Position numbers and translations under genes: made by a program
NCBI GenBank assembly: GCA_029288895.1
Contig: JARIGK010000001.1
Span: forward strand, 65,446-129,445
DNA from: Candidatus Adlerbacteria bacterium
Lineage (GTDB): Bacteria; Patescibacteriota; Minisyncoccia; Phycocordibacterales; SBAW01
DNA length: 64,000 nucleotides
Reading direction: 5' to 3'
Notes under the pieces: generated by a model
The model's database searches: none
The model's input: the letters and a program-made list of their open reading frames with translations, nothing else
What the model was told of the DNA's origin: nothing
Shown here: piece after piece, positions 8,649-16,618 of the stretch
Layout: each line of letters starts with the position of its first letter
How positions within the stretch are numbered: the first letter of the stretch is position 1

Positions 8649-10091
8649 ATGAATCTCACGAAATTTTTCTCGACGCGGTCCGGTATACAAGTGTTAGTTG
8701 CGGTTGGTCTGTGTGTACTTGTAGGTTTTTTTATTTTTCTGGGAGAGCATAGATCTGCGTCGTCTGGCCCATCGTTTGGAGTTTGTCGCGGGTGCAACGT
8801 CCTTATCATAGGCGTTGATACACTCCGTGCTGACCGTTTGCATGTCTTTGGCTATAGCCGAAATACGACACCAACCATTGATGCCCTTGCCGCAAAAGGG
8901 TACGCCTTTTCAAATGCAATAGCGCCAGCAAGTTGGACTGTCCCTTCGTTTATGTCTATTTTTACGGGCACGTACCCTTCGGTGCATGGTGTTACAAATA
9001 AGTTTATTTCGTTTTCACAAGACCAAAAGCAACTTTCAAATTTGAAAATAACGGCTCCGCAAATCCAAACGCTTGCAGAAGTGCTCAAAGCAGAAGGCTA
9101 TGCAACGGGTGGCTTTACTGGAGACGCGGGCGTGTCGGGAAAGTTTGGATATAACCTTGGGTTTGATGCGTATACCGATGAGAAAGCGTTTGGAGGCTTA
9201 GAAAACAGCAAGAGCCACGCGTTAGCGTGGGCAGATCAGCTCGGCGACAAACATTTCTTTATGTTTTTCCACGGCTACGATTTGCATGGGCAATCGGCTC
9301 CGTCTGCTACAAACCCGTTTCTAGACTCTACGTATCACGGGCCCTACACCGGTAGTCCTCAAGAAGAATCAGTGTTGCGCGAGGGCGTGTTGACGCCCAA
9401 AGGCATCACGCTGACTCCGCAAGATGCGAAGTTTTGGAGCGATACGTATGACGGCAAAGTTGTACAGGCAGACAAAGAATTACAAACATTTTTGACAGAC
9501 ATGTCCGTGCGCGGATTGCTTAAGAACACACTCATCGTGTTGGTGTCAGACCATGGAGAGGAGTTTTATGAACACAAAGGGTTTGACCACGGACATACGC
9601 TCTATGACGAACTCGTACACGTCCCGCTTATCTTCGTTGTCCCAGGGATGCAGGGAGGCCAGATAATCAAGAGCCAAGTCAGTACCATGGATGTTATGCC
9701 GACCATCCTCTATCTCCTTGGGATTACCCCGCGCGGAGAGCTGTCCAATCAGTTGTCAGGCAGAGCGAATCTGGCATCGTACTTTACTGCCACATCAACG
9801 AAAGGGTATGACGTTTTTTCGGAAACTAACTACCGCGGGTACACCTATAAAAGGAGCGTGCGCACAGCGGATGGATGGAAGTATATTTTGACCCTCGAAA
9901 CCGGGAAAGAAGAACTATATAACCTCACTGTCGACAAAGGAGAGCATACGAATCTTGTTTTGACAGACGCAGATAAGGCAGAACAATTACGTGTTGAATT
10001 AAGGAATCATCTCGAGCAGGATCTACACTACGATATGTCGAAAACGCCAGCCGTTACATGCCTCCCTGTATATGACGGGGAATGTAAGTAA
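8649..10091 (+). CDS. Paralogous alkaline-phosphatase-superfamily enzyme with a Thr nucleophile motif, membrane-anchored.
   Basis: IIGVDTLRADRLHVFGY and SWTVPSFMSIFTGTYP motifs. It lies 6 nt after the previous paralog. Confidence 0.6.
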   Translation: MNLTKFFSTRSGIQVLVAVGLCVLVGFFIFLGEHRSASSGPSFGVCRGCNVLIIGVDTLRADRLHVFGYSRNTTPTIDALAAKGYAFSNAIAPASWTVPSFMSIFTGTYPSVHGVTNKFISFSQDQKQLSNLKITAPQIQTLAEVLKAEGYATGGFTGDAGVSGKFGYNLGFDAYTDEKAFGGLENSKSHALAWADQLGDKHFFMFFHGYDLHGQSAPSATNPFLDSTYHGPYTGSPQEESVLREGVLTPKGITLTPQDAKFWSDTYDGKVVQADKELQTFLTDMSVRGLLKNTLIVLVSDHGEEFYEHKGFDHGHTLYDELVHVPLIFVVPGMQGGQIIKSQVSTMDVMPTILYLLGITPRGELSNQLSGRANLASYFTATSTKGYDVFSETNYRGYTYKRSVRTADGWKYILTLETGKEELYNLTVDKGEHTNLVLTDADKAEQLRVELRNHLEQDLHYDMSKTPAVTCLPVYDGECK

Positions 10092-10148
10092 TCAAGAGCG
10101 TTTACAGGGCTCTTTGTGGCAGCTCCGGGTATACGGTATTCTTCTAGT

Positions 10149-10745
10149 ATGAGTACTCGTCCCATTCCTCGTCTTGTAGTCGGAGGAATACTGATGTGCC
10201 TTATATTTGCTCTCGCTCTTCAGGGTGGCGAGGCGTCTGCTGCAACACTTACGTCTCCGGTGACAGTGACAGGTAGTATTAGCGTGCTCGGCACGCTCTC
10301 CAAAGGTTCTGGTACATTCGTCATTGACCATCCGCTCGACCCTGCGAACGAATTGCTGTACCACTCCTTCGTCGAATCACCAGATGTAAAAAACCTCTAC
10401 GACGGCATCGCCACACTCGACAGCAAGGGGGAAGCGACAATTGTGTTGCCAGATTATTTTCTTGCACTCAATAAAGATTTTCGATATTTAGCAACACCCA
10501 TTGGCGCTCCTATGCCTACCTTGCATTTGGGCAAAGAGGTGGGCAAGCGCTGGTTTAATCTCTTTGGGGCAATACAATTTAAAATAACGGGTGGTGTGCC
10601 GGGCGGCCGCGTCTCATGGCAAGTCACGGGCATCCGCCACGACAAATTTATCGAGGACAATCCTATCCAGGTTGAAGTAGAAAAGACTGACGACACACTG
10701 GTAAAGAAGGGTGAATATCTTTTCCCTGAATTCTATGGACACTAA
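10149..10745 (+). CDS. Secreted protein with a conserved 'GSGTFVIDxPxDPANxLLYHSFVESPDVKN' domain (paralog 1 of 3).
   Basis: Signal/TM segment followed by the core KGSGTFVIDHPLDPANELLYHSFVESPDVKNLYDGIATLDSKGEATIVLPDYF, which is nearly identical in the next two genes. Confidence 0.55.
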   Translation: MSTRPIPRLVVGGILMCLIFALALQGGEASAATLTSPVTVTGSISVLGTLSKGSGTFVIDHPLDPANELLYHSFVESPDVKNLYDGIATLDSKGEATIVLPDYFLALNKDFRYLATPIGAPMPTLHLGKEVGKRWFNLFGAIQFKITGGVPGGRVSWQVTGIRHDKFIEDNPIQVEVEKTDDTLVKKGEYLFPEFYGH

Positions 10746-11292
10746 ACGAAACACTCTAAGAATTGGTGTAAGTATGTTAATACTGGCGATTCCCGTGCTC
10801 GCGTCTGCTGTCACCCTCACTGGAAACATACAATTTAAAGGAAATTTGGCGATAACAGGGGCGCTCTCGAAAGGCTCCGGCACCTTCGTCATCGATGATC
10901 CCATTGACCCTGCTAACAAACTGCTCTATCACTCGTTCGTCGAGTCGCCAGATGTAAAAAACATCTACGACGGCATCGCAACACTCGACAGCAAAGGGGA
11001 GGCAACTATTGTGCTGCCAGATTATTTCGATGCGTTGAACAAGGATTTTCGGTATGAATTTTTCCCGCTCGATAAGGCCGATCCAGGGCTCTATATAAAA
11101 ACTGGCGCCGACGTTGTGAAGAATCAATTTACGATTGCGGGCGGGACGCCAGGCGACCGCGTTTCGTGGCAAATCACTGGCATCCGCCACGACCCGTACA
11201 TTCTTGCGAACCCGGTTGTGGTAGAGGTTCCGAAAACCAACGATACTATTGTAAAAAAAGGCCAGTATCTATTTGAGGGGTATGAAAAATAA
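10735..11292 (+). CDS. Secreted conserved-domain protein (paralog 2 of 3).
   Basis: Same core domain with more than 85% identity over about 70 aa. The start is uncertain; either ATG 10735 or ATG 10774. Confidence 0.5.
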   Translation: MDTKRNTLRIGVSMLILAIPVLASAVTLTGNIQFKGNLAITGALSKGSGTFVIDDPIDPANKLLYHSFVESPDVKNIYDGIATLDSKGEATIVLPDYFDALNKDFRYEFFPLDKADPGLYIKTGADVVKNQFTIAGGTPGDRVSWQITGIRHDPYILANPVVVEVPKTNDTIVKKGQYLFEGYEK

Positions 11293-11986
11293 GACGATAT
11301 ATTTTTTTGCGCTTGCTTCACTTATATGTATGCCCATGGTGTGCGTGCACGCCTACGCTGAAGGCGGATATTACGGCCAAGGATATTATGAAGGGTATTA
11401 CCAAAGCTATTATCAGCCGTACTATCAGCCGTACTATCAGCCAACGTATCAAACGGTATTTACAAAAAATGCTGCTGCAAGCAAGACGGTGGCGGTTACG
11501 GGTAGCGTATCAAAAAGCTCCGGTACCTTCGTCATTGATGACCCAATCGACCCCGCTAACAAATTGCTTTACCACTCGTTCGTCGAGTCGCCTGACGTCA
11601 AAAACATCTACGATGGCATCGCAACACTCGACAGCAAGGGGGAAGCGACAATTGTGTTGCCCGATTATTTCGATGCGTTGAACAAGGATTTTAGATATCT
11701 GACGCGCCCAATTGGCGCCCCTATGCCAAACCTCTACATCAAAGATGAAGTGCACGACAACACATTTAGTATCGGTGGCGGGAGCCCTGGTGGACGTGTC
11801 TCATGGCAAGTCACTGGGATTCGCCACGATGCGTATATCGTTGCACACCCTATTGTCCCGGTGGTGGATAAAAGCAAAGACACAATCGTCGACCGTGGGA
11901 GCTATATCTATCCTGCAGGATTCACTTCATTTGGGAGTACATTCTTTGGATCTCTCTCGACGTTTTTTAATGCTATTTTCCACTAG
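11282..11986 (+). CDS. Secreted conserved-domain protein (paralog 3 of 3) with an N-terminal Tyr/Gln-rich low-complexity stretch.
   Basis: GGYYGQGYYEGYYQSYYQPYYQPYYQPTYQ followed by the same core domain. Confidence 0.5.
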   Translation: MKNKTIYFFALASLICMPMVCVHAYAEGGYYGQGYYEGYYQSYYQPYYQPYYQPTYQTVFTKNAAASKTVAVTGSVSKSSGTFVIDDPIDPANKLLYHSFVESPDVKNIYDGIATLDSKGEATIVLPDYFDALNKDFRYLTRPIGAPMPNLYIKDEVHDNTFSIGGGSPGGRVSWQVTGIRHDAYIVAHPIVPVVDKSKDTIVDRGSYIYPAGFTSFGSTFFGSLSTFFNAIFH

Positions 11987-11989
11987 CGC

Positions 11990-13177
11990 ATGAAGAAGTA
12001 TGTGCTTGTTGCGTGTGCCGGTGCGCTCCTTGTAGGAAGCGCAGCGCTGGTGTATGTAAAACACATACATACAACGCCCGAAGCATATGCCAAGAGTATT
12101 GTGGCTCGCTGCGCCAGTGCAGCCGACCGCACGCAGTGTTATGTGGACGAAGTGCCAAAACTTCTCGACCAAGGGGTAACGTTTGAACATTCGTTTGAAG
12201 TTGCGTACGACATCCAAGAACTCGACCAGACAGGCGAGTACTGCCATCGCATTGGGCACGCGCTTGGTGGGGCGGAAGTAGCAAAAGATCCTACTAAATG
12301 GAAAGAAGTTGCGCGCCGCACGCCGCTTGGCGAATGTCTTGCAGGAGGCTTGCATGGTGCGTTTGAAGAACATTTCAGTAAAGAGTCCCTTGCGCCTTCA
12401 GATATCCCAGCATTTAAACAAGAGATGCGCGGATTTTGCGATGTTCAGGCAGATATTCCATCATCGCCGGTGGATTTGACCATGTGTTCGCACGGTTTAG
12501 GCCATCTCTTTGTGTATGCAACAGCTGGAGATGTACAGGAATCGATCGACTTATGTTCTTCGATGAACTTTAAAACGGAAGGCGGCGTCACTGCAGAAGG
12601 CCAAGAGCTTTCCTGTTATGACGGTATGTTTATGCAGTTGCTTGAACCGCACGACAGTGAAGACGCAGCTCTTATTAAAGGGCATGAGCAAACAAAAGAT
12701 ACCGTGGGCGCCTACTGCAATGCATTCGCGCCGCTCGTACAAGCTGCATGTATCGCCCGAAGTGCCCCATTGTTTTATAAAGACTTAAATGCTGGTGCGC
12801 CCAAGCCGCTCGATTGCAATATGCTTGATAGCCAGCGTCGGCGTGACTCGTGCCTTTCGACACAGCTTCGTCTCTTTGCCCGTGATACGTTTTTTAACCT
12901 TGATGCCACGGACGACTACTGCGCTACCTACCCACAAAATAAACGGGGGTGGTGTTATGCGTCTGCTGGTTCGTTTGCGTTTATGTCCGGGTACGATTAC
13001 GAGCAGCCCTATCGTTTTTGTGCGCGGGCAGCAGCGCTTGGGGTTGGCGACCAATGCTATCAGACGCTTGCGAACATCATCCCTAACACATTCCGCGAAG
13101 ATGATCCGTCTCGTAAAGAGTTGTGCGAAAAGCTGCCCAGCGCTTATGTGCAGGCATGCATTGCGCAGCAGCAGTAA
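11990..13177 (+). CDS. Membrane-anchored, extracytoplasmic Cys/His-repeat protein (family member A). About 7 repeats of C-x-x-G... including C-x-HG-[LI]-GH.
   Basis: N-terminal TM segment. Motifs CHRIGHALG, CLAGGLHGAF, CSHGLGHLFVY, CYDGMFMQ and others. 16 Cys in total. Confidence 0.55.
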   Translation: MKKYVLVACAGALLVGSAALVYVKHIHTTPEAYAKSIVARCASAADRTQCYVDEVPKLLDQGVTFEHSFEVAYDIQELDQTGEYCHRIGHALGGAEVAKDPTKWKEVARRTPLGECLAGGLHGAFEEHFSKESLAPSDIPAFKQEMRGFCDVQADIPSSPVDLTMCSHGLGHLFVYATAGDVQESIDLCSSMNFKTEGGVTAEGQELSCYDGMFMQLLEPHDSEDAALIKGHEQTKDTVGAYCNAFAPLVQAACIARSAPLFYKDLNAGAPKPLDCNMLDSQRRRDSCLSTQLRLFARDTFFNLDATDDYCATYPQNKRGWCYASAGSFAFMSGYDYEQPYRFCARAAALGVGDQCYQTLANIIPNTFREDDPSRKELCEKLPSAYVQACIAQQQ

Positions 13178-13183
13178 AGCCCG

Positions 13184-14779
13184 TTATTTTCTAAGCTCGA
13201 GTAGTCGTGCTGTAAGTGGTGCGAATACTTCTGTGTGAGCGCGCGCATCCAGTGCTAGAAGGGTAGATAGTGCGTATGCAGATTGTAGGTCGCGTTTGTA
13301 CGAAAGTAGTGTATAGCCTGTAGGTGCAAGCTCCACTGTCGAGCGACTTTCAAATAATGATGTGCCAGGGGGGAATGGGCCCGTCTCATTTCCGATCATA
13401 AAGAGAGATGAAATGCCGCCGCGCAACATAAAAAACACGCTCGTCCGGTATGGGTCGTACGTGCCGGTAACATAGGTGCCAAGCGAAAGGTCATCGAAGT
13501 AACCTACGACACGCTCAAAATGTGCGCTTCCTGTGCGCGAAGCTAATACAAGGTTCCGAAGCGTTTCGAGTTGTTCGGCCCCAAGCATCGCAGGGAGTGT
13601 GCGTTGGTCTGTTGTAGTGAGGAGCCGTTCCGCACTTTGTATAAATGCTCGATACGATTGCTCGCGAGGCACATCTTCACTAATGAGTTCGTTTTGTGCA
13701 GCGAGCATATCATGTACGGTGGATGAGTTAGAAGGCATGAGCGGGACGATAGGATGTTGTTGCAATGTTTCGCGTGCGTCTTGTATCGACAGCAGAAGCC
13801 CAACGTCCTGGCCAAAATCTTGGCAAATATAGGCATTAAATGATTGGTTGGAATAGGTCGCCCCAGTGTTGTAGTACGCCTTGCTGTAGCGCACGGGTAT
13901 TTTCTTGAGGTCGTAAAAGAAAGAGTCGTTCAAGATTGTAAAATATTCCGCTGTCACGCCAGAAAGTATGGACGCGTGTGTTCCCACATCAACATATGCA
14001 GGAGTAAATGACGGATAGCATCGTGAATGAGAAAGTGCAACGGTGGTCGTGTCGGTAAGCGTTACGCCGAGGCGTGCAGTAAACGCACGCGCTGCAGTTT
14101 TGATATACGCCACATCGCTCGGGAGGTCGGTCGATGCAGGTAATGTGTTCTGTGCTGATGGAGAAGAGGCTCCTGATGGAGGCCAATACCTCCAGTGTGC
14201 GCACTCGAGCACGTTACCTTCTGCACACGAGTAGCGCCTATTTTCTTCTTTTCTCATTGCGATGAGCCCTTGTCTGCCTCGTTCGAGCACTGACATGATA
14301 TACCCTGAGCTTGTAGTGCCGCCAAAGGATTGAATGGTAGTTTTTTTGCCGACATCGAGCGCCGCAATATCGTGTGCGAGCGCTGCATCATATGAATCAA
14401 AAAGTGCGAGAAGGGCAGCGTGGTACGCGTCTGCATGTGCTGATGTCGGCTCTGTAAGGAGTGCTCTTCGTTTTTCTTCTGCCGAGGCGCTAGCTTCAAG
14501 AAATGCGATTGGGTAGACACCGTGGCTCCATGAGCCATCCGAATCGTCGCTGAAGGGGAGTACTGCAACGCGCGCACTTTTTTCGAGCTCTTGTGTCGCC
14601 GTGATCATATCAGGCAGCGATGTTCGAGGAAGCGCCATCATGGGATATTCCTCATGTTGCCGTGCATATCCGGCCCATCCATCTGCGTGTGCGGAGTAGA
14701 AGAAATACCCTAGAACTATAAGGATACAAAGGAGAAGTGCGAGACCAAGGCGGAGTGCACGTATTCTTGCAGCCTTCAT
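13184..14779 (-). CDS. 531-aa N-terminally membrane-anchored protein of unknown function (paralog of 16615..18246).
   Basis: Single N-terminal TM segment. Shares AEPT(S/Q)xHAxxYHAAL(L/H)AL and other blocks with the 546-aa paralog. Divergent from the cassette 2 peptide, sharing the AGTATACT palindrome. Confidence 0.55.
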   Translation of the reverse strand: MKAARIRALRLGLALLLCILIVLGYFFYSAHADGWAGYARQHEEYPMMALPRTSLPDMITATQELEKSARVAVLPFSDDSDGSWSHGVYPIAFLEASASAEEKRRALLTEPTSAHADAYHAALLALFDSYDAALAHDIAALDVGKKTTIQSFGGTTSSGYIMSVLERGRQGLIAMRKEENRRYSCAEGNVLECAHWRYWPPSGASSPSAQNTLPASTDLPSDVAYIKTAARAFTARLGVTLTDTTTVALSHSRCYPSFTPAYVDVGTHASILSGVTAEYFTILNDSFFYDLKKIPVRYSKAYYNTGATYSNQSFNAYICQDFGQDVGLLLSIQDARETLQQHPIVPLMPSNSSTVHDMLAAQNELISEDVPREQSYRAFIQSAERLLTTTDQRTLPAMLGAEQLETLRNLVLASRTGSAHFERVVGYFDDLSLGTYVTGTYDPYRTSVFFMLRGGISSLFMIGNETGPFPPGTSLFESRSTVELAPTGYTLLSYKRDLQSAYALSTLLALDARAHTEVFAPLTARLLELRK

Positions 14780-14801
14780 CAGAGACAGTATACTTTACTG
14801 C

Positions 14802-15002
14802 ATGAAGAGGAGATTCGCCCTCATACCACTATTTCTCCTTTCAGCCCTTGCTGTGGGAATGCTTTCTTCAAAAAGAGATGCAGCACTGAGCTGTGTCGAG
14901 CCTGGGGTGGGCGCATCTGCTCCGAACATGTCGAATTCTTCGTCGGTACAAGCAGAAGAGTCAGATCGAGTCTACAATATTTGGTGCGGAGGCGTTTTCT
15001 AA
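14802..15002 (+). CDS. 66-aa exported or membrane-anchored small peptide (cassette 2 peptide). C-terminus ...DRVYNIWCGGVF.
   Basis: Paralog of the 2782..2973 peptide. AGTATACT lies 7 nt upstream of the ATG. Confidence 0.6.
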   Translation: MKRRFALIPLFLLSALAVGMLSSKRDAALSCVEPGVGASAPNMSNSSSVQAEESDRVYNIWCGGVF

Positions 15003-15011
15003 AACGACGGT

Positions 15012-15335
15012 ATGGATGATGCACATAGGACGTCCGCGTGGCCCGCACTCGGGCGCATGCTTGATGATATCCAACCCAAAGGCCTTGGCATTTTGTTGCC
15101 CCCGATACTTCAACTCCATCGACCTGCATATCTTGAAGCGCGTGCGCGCACTATTGTAGTCGCTGTTGCGCTTCCGTCGCAGATTTCCGCACTTACTGGT
15201 CTGGTTGAAGAAGCTTCGATCGAAGCTGTTATAGCAACACAAGGAGCGGCGAATGAATTTGCTGCCGATTTGGAGCGAGTAGGGCTTACAACAAATATAA
15301 AAGCCTGGTTTATTGTCGACGAAAAACCACTATGA
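15012..15335 (+). CDS. 107-aa protein of unknown function (cassette 2 middle gene), paralog of 2973..3422.
   Basis: About 40% identity to the cassette 1 middle gene. Its stop overlaps the ligase start. Confidence 0.55.
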   Translation: MDDAHRTSAWPALGRMLDDIQPKGLGILLPPILQLHRPAYLEARARTIVVAVALPSQISALTGLVEEASIEAVIATQGAANEFAADLERVGLTTNIKAWFIVDEKPL

Positions 15336-16618
15336 CACCGCTCTCCCGCGCGCTTTCATTTGCGATTGAAAATCCGCATTCTGATTTTTACCGCCGCAAG
15401 TACGGCAAAGACTTTCGTGCGTATATACAAAAAGAACTTTCGGAGATTCCATTTCTGACAAGACAAGAAATAGATACAACGCCCGTGTTTGACCGCATCT
15501 TTGTTCCAAAAGAAATGGTCCGGTTTGTGCGTGCGACCTCAGGTTCGTCCGGGCGCGGCGCAGTTCTATTTCCAGCAGTCGAAGAGCCGGAGATGATGGA
15601 CTTCCGACGTTCGCTCGGGTTTAGCGGCGACGAAGGTGAGGCCGGGCGCTACTTCGGGCCCTATTTTAAAAAAGAAGATGCATATTCACTGTTGATGTTT
15701 TCTACGTCCGATGCTTTGCATCAAGCCTATTTTTCCGACTACGCTGGCCGGAGGGTTATCGCGGGCGACTATCAACACGCAGAAAAGACAGTTGCACTGT
15801 CGGCAGCTGCAGGCGTTGATTCGATATTTTCATTTCCGTCGCCGCTTATCAGCATTGCAGACACTTTCAAAAAAGATGGTTTTGCCTCGCGCATCAAGAT
15901 GATTGTGCTCATGGGTGAGCGTATGACAGAACTCCAGCGCAGAACGCTTGTTGCGCAGTTTCCTCATGCAAAGATCGTCACGCTCTATGCGTCCACTGAT
16001 GCACATGGAACGATGGGGAATACGTGCCCTGCTCGCGTGACAGAATTTCCTAACCATATTCATCCGTTTCCAACATATGCGCTTGAAGTTATTGACCCTG
16101 AGTCGGGCATGGCGCTCCCTATGCAGGCAGGCACGGAAGGAGAAGTGGTAATCACGGCACTCACGCCGATGGCGTTTCCGCTCATTCGATATCGCACCGG
16201 AGATTATGCGGTCGTGCACGCCAGCGGCCCATGTGCGTGCGGCAGTACTGAGCCGCTTCTTGAGATTTTGGGCAGAGTAGAACTCGATCGCATTAAACTG
16301 CTCCCGTATGGCGGCGTGAGCGTTGCGGCTATCGAAGAAGCAATTGCTGCCCTTCCATTTCCTGTTCTTGATTTTACTGCTGCATGGTCACAGAAGGGTC
16401 CGCTGCCGGGACTCTCGCTCGTGCTCTATACCGACGGGTCTGTACCTCATGATTCTGTCGCGCTCGTGGCAGAGAAAATCCAAGTCAGCGCGACCCATAC
16501 GTATCACGATGTAGTGGTGCGTGGTGCTGTCTTGCCACTTACAGTTTCTTTTGAACCTGCAGCGGGTGCGCGTGGTCCGCATCATGCAAAGCCTAAACGT
16601 CTGCAGATTATCCGTTAG
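15332..16618 (+). CDS. PaaK / F390-synthetase-like adenylate-forming enzyme (cassette 2 ligase).
   Basis: RATSGSSGRGAV P-loop, YRTGD hinge, 428 aa. About 50% identity to the 3419..4702 product. Confidence 0.75.
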   Translation: MTPLSRALSFAIENPHSDFYRRKYGKDFRAYIQKELSEIPFLTRQEIDTTPVFDRIFVPKEMVRFVRATSGSSGRGAVLFPAVEEPEMMDFRRSLGFSGDEGEAGRYFGPYFKKEDAYSLLMFSTSDALHQAYFSDYAGRRVIAGDYQHAEKTVALSAAAGVDSIFSFPSPLISIADTFKKDGFASRIKMIVLMGERMTELQRRTLVAQFPHAKIVTLYASTDAHGTMGNTCPARVTEFPNHIHPFPTYALEVIDPESGMALPMQAGTEGEVVITALTPMAFPLIRYRTGDYAVVHASGPCACGSTEPLLEILGRVELDRIKLLPYGGVSVAAIEEAIAALPFPVLDFTAAWSQKGPLPGLSLVLYTDGSVPHDSVALVAEKIQVSATHTYHDVVVRGAVLPLTVSFEPAAGARGPHHAKPKRLQIIR

